Below are positions 55,101 through 60,921 of a stretch of 60,921 nt of DNA, one piece after another. Source of the DNA: an uncultured Spirochaetaceae bacterium (GTDB lineage: Bacteria > Myxococcota_A > UBA9160 > UBA4427). The stretch covers positions 1-60,921 of the forward strand of contig CAZMFM010000013.1 of assembly GCA_964565565.1 (NCBI GenBank). Direction: 5' to 3'. The position numbers and the translations under genes were made by a program. Numbering within the stretch: position 1 is the first letter of the stretch; the number at the start of each line of letters is the position of its first letter. Below the pieces are notes generated by a model. That model was not told the DNA's origin and did no database searches. It saw only the letters and a list, made by a program, of their open reading frames with translations.

Positions 55101-57435
55101 CCTGGCCGCCCTGGCCTGCAGCCACGCGGGCTTCGAGGCGCAGTGTGCCTGCAGTCGAGCCACTGAGGTCACCAATCGAGGCATTGCCGCCGCGACCGGC
55201 CAACTCGTTCGCACTTCCGGCTCGCCCGCCGGTGCCGCCCCAGGCCTCTGCACGGACGAAGACATCCGCGCCGCCCGTGGACTCGCCCCGCGCACTCGCC
55301 GTCGCGTCACCGCCGCGTCCGCTCTCGTTGTCCACGCCAAAGCCGCGGCCGCCCAGGCCACCGGTCGCAATGGCTTCCGCACGAACCTCCGACGTACCCG
55401 CGTTCGAAGCCCATGCGCTCGCGTTTGCATCGCCGCCGCGCCCGCCCGCCAAGTCGCCAGAATTTCCGCGAAAACCGCCGCCTGTACCACCGGTCGCGAC
55501 GCCAACCACTGCGACTTCGCTGTCACCCGTGGCGGCGCCCTCGGACTCACTCGATGCGTTCCCGCCGTCCCCGACCGCCATACCGCCGATCGCAACGACA
55601 CCGTTGCCACCCACCGCATTCCCGTAACGACGACCGACTTGAACGCGTTGGCCATCCCCGGCCGACCGGCCGACAGCCCGCGTCGACGCCTGGCCGCCAT
55701 CAAGGGAGCGTGAACTTCCTAATGAACTCGAAGAGCCGTTCGCACCGATCGCCATCGCCTCGACGACGAGATCGCCCGCGTCGTTCTCTCCTTCGGCCGA
55801 TGCACGAGCGCGGAAACCCACCGCCTCACTCTGCAGCGTCAGGGAGTCGAAGGACCCCACTCGATTCAAGCGGCTTTCGGCGTCGTAGCTCGCGGCGACC
55901 GGCTCGCTCGACGGCGACGCCTCGCTGAACGTGGCGCGCTGCGAAAGCGACAAAGCACCACTGGTTTCGCCATCCACAACATTGTCGACGAGCAGTCCTT
56001 CCGGCGCCTGCGACCAAACCTCCGCAGCCACGAAGACCGAACCCCCGCCCGTCGAAATGCCGACCAGGGAGTCGATACGCCCCTCGGCGCCGGCTCCGCC
56101 ACTGGCCACGCCGCGTACGACGACATCGCCGTCGGTTGTGCCCACTACGGACTCGATCGTCGCGTTTCCGCCGACGACGCCTCGGCCGTTCGGTTGTCCA
56201 GCCGAGGCAAAAACATCAATCCTGAGATCACCGCCTCCCGCGTTGTCTGCCTCGAGGGAAGTCACGACATCGCTATCGCCTCGTGCGATTCCAGAGGAGC
56301 GACCCGAGGCGCTTTGCCGAAGCGAGAGGCGACCCGATGTCGACCCCGACACAGCATCGCGTAGTTCGATCGGCCCCGGCGAGGAGAGCGTGGCCCGAAC
56401 TTCGACATCGGCACCGTTCGTCGCGATCCCCGACGCCTCGACCCGACCTACGCCCACACCGCCACTCGAGATGCCAACAGTTGCGTCGGCTTCGACGCGA
56501 AGCGATCCCGTACCCGTGTGTAGGCCGCGCGCGATCGCAGTCGCGTCGCCTCCCTGTCCGGATGCCGGCGAGATGGCACTCTGGCGTCGGGCAGTGGCTT
56601 CGGCGCTGACACGCAGCGTTCCGAAACCGGTCGTGCCATCGGCTTCGGCGAGGGCATCGCCATCGTCGGCCGTTCCAAGTCCGCTACCCGGTCTTGCTGC
56701 CGCATTAAGCACATGAACCATGTCGGCGGATCCGACCCCGGTCGCCTGGCCAACGATCGATGCGGTCGCGTCGCCGCCCTGCCCCGAAAAAATCGCACCG
56801 CGAGCGCCGAAGCCGCCAATGGCCTCGGCGCTGCCATTGAGTCCCAATCGCGATCCGGGGTCATCGAATTCTCGCTCTACGAAGGCGCTGGCCGAAGCGT
56901 TTCCTCCGATTCCGCCTCGTTCGCCATCGCGTCCCGGGTTCCCGGTATTCGACCCAGAGCCACCGGCGGCGGGTCGGCCCGCGTCTCCGCCCCTGGCCCT
57001 GGCTTCGACCATTCGCTCTCCGACAGTCGTCGCAATGGCCGTCGCATCACCGCCGTCGCCGCCGTTTCCGCCGTCGCCGCCATCTCCACCATTGAAGCGA
57101 TTCGCATGACCGCCGCGGCCGCCCGCGCCGCCGCGGCCGCCGAACGCGAAGGCCGAATTCGCCTCGCCCACGGCATCCGCGGTCGCCGTCGCCGCCGCGC
57201 CGTCCGCCCCGTCGCCACCCGGTTGCGCGGGGAGGGGTCCCACCTCGCCTTGGCCGTCTTGCCCGTTCGGCCCGGACTCGCCGACGACACGACTGGTTTC
57301 GGCCGAGGCGCTCCCCGTGACCAAAAGGAGGGGCGACAGGATCAGAAGGAGTGCGCAAACGAGCAGTCGCGGCCTCCAGGTCCAACCTGACACGAGCGAT
57401 CCAAAAGTGGGCAATCTTCGATCCACAAGCAGCAT
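52126..57435 (-). CDS. Giant Gly/Ala/Ser-rich PEP-CTERM sorted surface protein (~1770 aa)
   Basis: ATG 57435 after ggaaggg; signal peptide ending SASA; C-terminal VPEPSTALLVGLGLAGLAARARRR; long internal repeats. Confidence 0.88.
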   Translation of the reverse strand: MLLVDRRLPTFGSLVSGWTWRPRLLVCALLLILSPLLLVTGSASAETSRVVGESGPNGQDGQGEVGPLPAQPGGDGADGAAATATADAVGEANSAFAFGGRGGAGGRGGHANRFNGGDGGDGGNGGDGGDATAIATTVGERMVEARARGGDAGRPAAGGSGSNTGNPGRDGERGGIGGNASASAFVEREFDDPGSRLGLNGSAEAIGGFGARGAIFSGQGGDATASIVGQATGVGSADMVHVLNAAARPGSGLGTADDGDALAEADGTTGFGTLRVSAEATARRQSAISPASGQGGDATAIARGLHTGTGSLRVEADATVGISSGGVGVGRVEASGIATNGADVEVRATLSSPGPIELRDAVSGSTSGRLSLRQSASGRSSGIARGDSDVVTSLEADNAGGGDLRIDVFASAGQPNGRGVVGGNATIESVVGTTDGDVVVRGVASGGAGAEGRIDSLVGISTGGGSVFVAAEVWSQAPEGLLVDNVVDGETSGALSLSQRATFSEASPSSEPVAASYDAESRLNRVGSFDSLTLQSEAVGFRARASAEGENDAGDLVVEAMAIGANGSSSSLGSSRSLDGGQASTRAVGRSAGDGQRVQVGRRYGNAVGGNGVVAIGGMAVGDGGNASSESEGAATGDSEVAVVGVATGGTGGGFRGNSGDLAGGRGGDANASAWASNAGTSEVRAEAIATGGLGGRGFGVDNESGRGGDATASARGESTGGADVFVRAEAWGGTGGRAGSANELAGRGGNASIGDLSGSTAGTLRLEARVAAGQGGQDMDRRFRGSAQGGDAAISIDAINEGGGALEIDATATTRFGGSLIVGPVRGRSTTGADVSVSLNLNGAGARIVGDGVTAPGMDESIRLENVVDGETEGVLRLNQVVSGGTGDGSVENLIERVGSQAGLGLRSRTDSEGGGAGISTARSENDAGWASAEAEVGAQGDRAIATTEALGTGDGETLARSTSNLYFATSDAIEAISRSHAISQGGGRTDAASSVFVSRSADSTATAYAENAGLGDVVAFAGVDNEPGAIGEPGAFTVDAEAHSLGGGDVFVEVNVNRRGSYGLAPSQLTALHDVVRGSTSGALSLSQRVLSDLGDVSTSLVSENTGGGDLTLFVDASSLRRGLELPDGFALSDGGRVLLGDVVGRSNTGRNVDIFVRALGNEIVRERRDQPGKASRIRGESKGGGDVSVRAEFGIVAAAGETETEGQVLGDSGRSISLDNVVGGDTTGRLVLGQQAEAARGADVGLSFTTLPNVIAGDGGEARSRLTQNGFFESLELDTSALGGAGGASYAEQSENARAGAGGDGFSEIEAMNREGSIKTGSLGRGGQGGFSARTAGDGGNGYVAVSATTIVDGASIEVGGPRVLNRETGAIGGDGASPSYSATDSSLAGDGGDGESRSSGRAAGNSSVQVYDSAQGGRGGEGRRFRSGGGGGDGGRASSAAFAAGGGVERVFARSEAIGGDGGLYLAAGEASGGGASATSSAKGSGLAESIAIARGGVAGSYSGVFGDASSTASAVGARALAQADASSGIGGETSVRASVRREGAFTSAVEAFASGANTGVASGLDFDGSAFVTGTPNVDAIASARLRHVGLDSLLSDPSANASIRALGSWSASGAKGTGVTQTVEIDITLQAVDLRREVLLAVFEEDAFAGGFDQMTFSLERYGERVGEEQTFSSLDQANAYFAELIGLGFLIPEAPPLSGPLAWPADQPPAIRAIFEIASSGKQRVSFGIAAVVVPEPSTALLVGLGLAGLAARARRRPPASA

Positions 57436-57870
57436 CCCTTCCAGTAGACGACTCTGGATAGGTGGTTGGCAAACTGCAAAAGTGGCCCCGAAACGCTTGG
57501 CCGGCGTGAGAGAATCGCGTTGGCAAGGGCGGGAAACGACCACTTCCCACAGGGGTAGAGGCGCTCTTTTTCAAGCCGAAACGTGGCCGGATCGTGGTGC
57601 GGCGACGGCAGATCGACCCGAGGCTGGGTGGGGAGGTTCGGTTACGTCTTCAAATTCTTGGCTCCGGTAGACACCTCCACCAAATGAATCGACTGGACGC
57701 AGAATTCCGGCGACCGAGCTGATGACCGACAGCGCCGTGGGCCAGGTCAGCCAACCTCTCGCCGCTGTGGAAAACGGCTACTCGAATAGCGAGTCCCGCT
57801 CCGCGCCCTGAGCACCTACACTCCCCGCTCGGCACTCAATTCCTTGCGCCACACCGAGGAGACTTCTTTC

Positions 57871-58299
57871 ATGCAATGGATCCGATCGTCATTGATTCCT
57901 TCCCTCTCGTTCCTAGCGCTCGCAGTGATGCTCGGAACAACGCTCACGACAACGAGCTGCCGACACCCCGACCCACCCTCCGGACGCGTCGACAACCTCA
58001 CGGTCGGCAAGGTGCAGGGCGAGATCAAGGTCGGCATGTCCGCGGCCTCAGTCGCCGAAATCCTGGGTTCGCCCAACATCGTCACAACCGATGAAAAGCG
58101 TCGAGAGGTTTGGATCTACGACAAGGTCTCCTCCGAGACCGTCGACACGAGCAACTCCTTTGGAGGCTCGATCATCATCCTGGGTGGATCCACGAGTCAA
58201 CGGCAACGCAGCAAGACGCAAAGGACTCTGACCATCATCATCAAATATGACGAAGACAAGATGGTCCGAGACTTTGCCTACAACTATTCCCAGTTCTAG
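57871..58299 (+). CDS. BamE/SmpA-like lipoprotein
   Basis: ATG after gagga; lipobox TTSC; IKVGMSAASVAEILGSPN...EVWIY...LTIIIKYDEDKMVRDF matches the SmpA/OmlA pattern. Confidence 0.78.
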   Translation: MQWIRSSLIPSLSFLALAVMLGTTLTTTSCRHPDPPSGRVDNLTVGKVQGEIKVGMSAASVAEILGSPNIVTTDEKRREVWIYDKVSSETVDTSNSFGGSIIILGGSTSQRQRSKTQRTLTIIIKYDEDKMVRDFAYNYSQF

Positions 58300-58342
58300 G
58301 CGAGCCGCCTGCACGGCTCGCGCGCGACCTGAAGAGGATCCT

Positions 58343-58948
58343 TTGAGATCACGGACCCGTTGGCCCGCGATCCTCATTGCACTTTCGATCCTTTGCAGCG
58401 TCGGTTGTCGAGCGAAGACTGAGCCCCTCGAGCTCTTCACGCTTGCCCCTGAAAGTGCGGCGAACAAGGCGATGCAGACCCGATTCTTCGAGACGCCGGG
58501 TTCAGACGAATTGCTCTCGGCCTCAGCCGCCGTGCTTCAGGATCTGGGCTTCCAGATCACCGAAAGCGCCCGTGACCTGGGCTTCTTGCGCGCCGCCAAG
58601 GAACGAAGCGCTCGAGAATATGGCCAGGAGATCAGCCGCGACATCGTGGCCTTCCTGACCTTCGCACTGAGCGTGTTGGCCAGGCAGAATGCCGTGCAAG
58701 TAATTCCCGTTGACCTGCATCAGCAGATCAACGCATCCATGATCGCCCAGCCGGTTCGCGACGATGAAACGCGCCACGAGGTCCGCGTCGTCTTCTATCG
58801 GCTGGTCTGGAAGGGGGACGGAGCGTCGGGCAGTCAATCCATCCCGCCCGGCGAGCAGAAGATGGAAATGATTCGCGACGCTGAGATCTACCAATATTTT
58901 TTTTCACGGCTCTCGAAGGCCGTCTTCCTTGAAGCGCACAAGATCTGA
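58343..58948 (+). CDS. Uncharacterised lipoprotein, paralog 1 (QTRxF...LQDLGFxI family)
   Basis: TTG start after gagga; lipobox SVGC; AMQTRFFET, LQDLGFQI, YQYFFSRLSKAVF. Confidence 0.75.
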   Translation: MRSRTRWPAILIALSILCSVGCRAKTEPLELFTLAPESAANKAMQTRFFETPGSDELLSASAAVLQDLGFQITESARDLGFLRAAKERSAREYGQEISRDIVAFLTFALSVLARQNAVQVIPVDLHQQINASMIAQPVRDDETRHEVRVVFYRLVWKGDGASGSQSIPPGEQKMEMIRDAEIYQYFFSRLSKAVFLEAHKI

Positions 58949-58987
58949 CAACCTGACGATCTGAAGGTCCAAGAAAAGGAGAATCCA

Positions 58988-59428
58988 ATGCGCGCGCAAC
59001 CGGCTCGCATCGTCGCGTTGACGATCTTGATCGCACTCATGTCGAGCAGTTGCGCGTCGCCGCCCAAAGAGCCGACGGAGTTGTTGGCTCCGAGCGAAGA
59101 GCAGATGAAGATCCGAAATCTGCAGACACGCACCTTCGATATCGCGGACCGCAAGGTCGCCATGCGAGGCGTCATCTCCGCTCTTCAAGATCTTGGCTTC
59201 ATCATCGAGCGCGCGAACGAGCCACTCGGCCTGGTGACCGCGGCCCGCTTCGCTGAGCCTCGCTACTACGATGTCGTCGGCGTGACCGTGACGGTCCGCT
59301 CCGCGAACGCCACCCAGACGACGATTCGCGTGAACGCCATCTTCAACAATCAGCCGATCACCGACCCCGCCGTCTATCGAAATTTCTTCGCCACCCTCGA
59401 ACGTTCGTTCTTCATCGAGAGGAATTGA
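58988..59428 (+). CDS. Uncharacterised lipoprotein, paralog 2
   Basis: RBS aaggag; lipobox-like SSSC; NLQTRTFDI, LQDLGFII, YRNFFATLERSFF. Confidence 0.78.
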   Translation: MRAQPARIVALTILIALMSSSCASPPKEPTELLAPSEEQMKIRNLQTRTFDIADRKVAMRGVISALQDLGFIIERANEPLGLVTAARFAEPRYYDVVGVTVTVRSANATQTTIRVNAIFNNQPITDPAVYRNFFATLERSFFIERN

Positions 59429-59432
59429 GTTG

Positions 59433-60017
59433 ATGCGGACGAGGATCTTTCGCGGGTCGCGAGTCGCCTTGTTGCTTTGCATGGCGGGCGCGCTGCTCAC
59501 CGCCGGTTGCGCGACCTATGGGATGCGCCACGAGATCCAGGGCGACTCCCGGGACCAGATCTGGCTCTCCGAGAAAAGCCAGGTCAGGGTTCGCAACGCG
59601 CAGAGCCGGGTCTTCGACACGACAGATCGACGCAAGATGCTCGAGGCGATCGTAGCGACGCTCCAGGATCTGGGCTTTCAGATCGGCGTCCTCGACGAAA
59701 CGCTAGGCATCGTGACCGGAAAGAAATTCCTCGAAGCCGAGCGACCTCAAGGTTCCGCCTTGGCAACCTATCTACTCTATGACGACGAGAGCCTCGTCGT
59801 CTTCAATCGATCCTTTCGAACCTGGGGCCCCTTCTTCCGGCGCTCCGATCTCGTTCGGTTGACCGTGACCCTACGAAATCGCAACGCCGAGCAACTGATC
59901 GTTCGCGCCTCGGCTCAATACTATTTGCGGCCGGTTGAGAAAGCCGAGGCCTATCAGAAATTCTACGCAGCGCTCAGGCAAGCACTTTTCGCCCAGCAAA
60001 TGATCGAGGATGGCTGA
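59433..60017 (+). CDS. Uncharacterised lipoprotein, paralog 3
   Basis: Lipobox TAGC; NAQSRVFDT, LQDLGFQI, YQKFYAALRQALF. Confidence 0.78.
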   Translation: MRTRIFRGSRVALLLCMAGALLTAGCATYGMRHEIQGDSRDQIWLSEKSQVRVRNAQSRVFDTTDRRKMLEAIVATLQDLGFQIGVLDETLGIVTGKKFLEAERPQGSALATYLLYDDESLVVFNRSFRTWGPFFRRSDLVRLTVTLRNRNAEQLIVRASAQYYLRPVEKAEAYQKFYAALRQALFAQQMIEDG

Positions 60018-60031
60018 TCCGCTTGGAGCGC

Positions 60032-60871
60032 CTACTTCAGGCGGTTCAGCCACTCCGTCTGCTCAAACCATTTGACTCGCAAGCGATCGAGCAATCCGAT
60101 TTCAGCGACATTTCGCAGATAATTTTCGACCAGATTGACGAAGAGGGGGTCGCCGGGAGCAATGGCGATGCCAATGGGCTGAGCGCTGAAGTCGGACTCG
60201 ACGAACGCGAGCGCCGAGTCCGGATGTCGCAAGAGAGCGAGTCGAACGACCGGGTCATCGGCGACCATGACATCCGCATCGCCTCGCTGGACGAGATCGA
60301 AGGCCGCATCCTGGCTGGGCACGAAAAGGTGGGTCGCGCTCGGAAGTACGCGCTGGACGAGCGCCTCGCTCGTCGAGCCGGAAACGGCTGTGACGCGCAG
60401 CTGCCGACCGTGCAACTGGTGGACGGCGCTGATGTCCTCGAGCTGTTCGGGTGCTCCGAGGATGGCTTTTCGGGAGAGGTAATAGGGTCCCGCGAAGGCG
60501 ACTTCGAGGTTGCGCTCTGGAGTCATCGTGATCCCCGAAATCGCGACGTCGACCTCGCCCTTTCGAACGGCCTCGATCAACTCGCCAAAGGGCTTTTCCA
60601 CGAGCACGAGTTCGACCTTCAAGATCGCGGCGAGCCCCGTCGCGAGATCGACATCGAGCCCGATCAACTCCCCGCTCATCGTCCGGACATTCAGCGGCGG
60701 ATAGTCCCCGGCCATGCCGACCCGAAGCTGGCCCGAGCCTTTGACACGTTCCGTCGCGCTCTTCCCTGACCCGAAGGGGCTGCACGCACCAAGCAAGACG
60801 ACTAACAAAAAAGCCACTAGCGATGGGGCTAGACGATCGCGCGCATTACCAGACAAGGGGGAAATTCTCAC
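60032..60871 (-). CDS. Amino-acid-type substrate-binding protein (SBP family 3), lipoprotein
   Basis: Lipobox LGAC; LRVGMAGDYPPL, GLDVDLA, VDVAISGITMTPER, FAGPY, KWF. Confidence 0.9.
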   Translation of the reverse strand: MRISPLSGNARDRLAPSLVAFLLVVLLGACSPFGSGKSATERVKGSGQLRVGMAGDYPPLNVRTMSGELIGLDVDLATGLAAILKVELVLVEKPFGELIEAVRKGEVDVAISGITMTPERNLEVAFAGPYYLSRKAILGAPEQLEDISAVHQLHGRQLRVTAVSGSTSEALVQRVLPSATHLFVPSQDAAFDLVQRGDADVMVADDPVVRLALLRHPDSALAFVESDFSAQPIGIAIAPGDPLFVNLVENYLRNVAEIGLLDRLRVKWFEQTEWLNRLK

Positions 60872-60874
60872 GGC

Positions 60875-60921
60875 TCAGAACTGCGCGAAGAAATCGTTGC
60901 CCTTGTCGTCGACGATGATGA
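60875..60921 (-). CDS. Class I (Fe-S) fumarate hydratase, 3' end only
   Basis: Manual translation IIVDDKGNDFFAQF-stop matches the conserved FumA/FumB-type C-terminal motif VDDKGNDFF; only 14 codons are visible. Confidence 0.75.
   Translation of the reverse strand, partial: IIVDDKGNDFFAQF

Noticed and set aside
52126-57435. PE_PGRS or collagen identity for the Gly-rich giant protein
   Set aside because: No PE domain and no sustained Gly-X-Y triplets; it has a Sec signal and a PEP-CTERM tail.
57475-57491. Possible sigma-54 promoter upstream of the PEP-CTERM gene (minus strand cGGggccacttttGCa)
   Set aside because: GG-N10-GC spacing and the -12 TTGCA fit, but the -24 element deviates from TGGCAC; too weak to call.
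1-60921. tRNA, rRNA, CRISPR arrays, IS/integrase or prophage genes
   Set aside because: None recognised by eye in the intergenic regions or ORFs; tRNAscan, Infernal and CRISPR finder runs would be needed to exclude them formally.

Overview
A high-GC bacterial chromosome segment; the gene content suggests a Myxococcota/deltaproteobacterial-type organism (inference). It is mostly core genes: a complete alternative complex III cluster (actA-B-C-D-E-F) followed by a rhomboid protease, a FadE24/FadE23-like acyl-CoA dehydrogenase pair, Trm112, PAC2, a two-component system, hisS-speA-xth, asnS, ylqF/rbgA, rsgA, recC-recB-recD and assorted enzymes. The last 47 bases are the 3' end of a class I fumarase. 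I saw no tRNA, rRNA, CRISPR array, transposase, integrase or phage genes. The most notable items are: (i) an operon of one BamE/SmpA-like lipoprotein plus three paralogous uncharacterised lipoproteins, divergent from a ~1770-aa Gly/Ala-rich PEP-CTERM protein built from three large super-repeats; (ii) a YfiR-family gene coupled to a CHASE8-sensor chemoreceptor instead of a diguanylate cyclase; (iii) an ActB retaining an N-terminal 4-Cys Fe-S motif; (iv) an apparently catalytically dead rhomboid-like protein; (v) two structured intergenic elements, one next to an unannotated 47-aa ORF; and (vi) recurrent tandem duplications of stop-codon-containing segments. Family assignments come from motifs recognised by eye and recalled family knowledge, not database searches. 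Start codons are best estimates.
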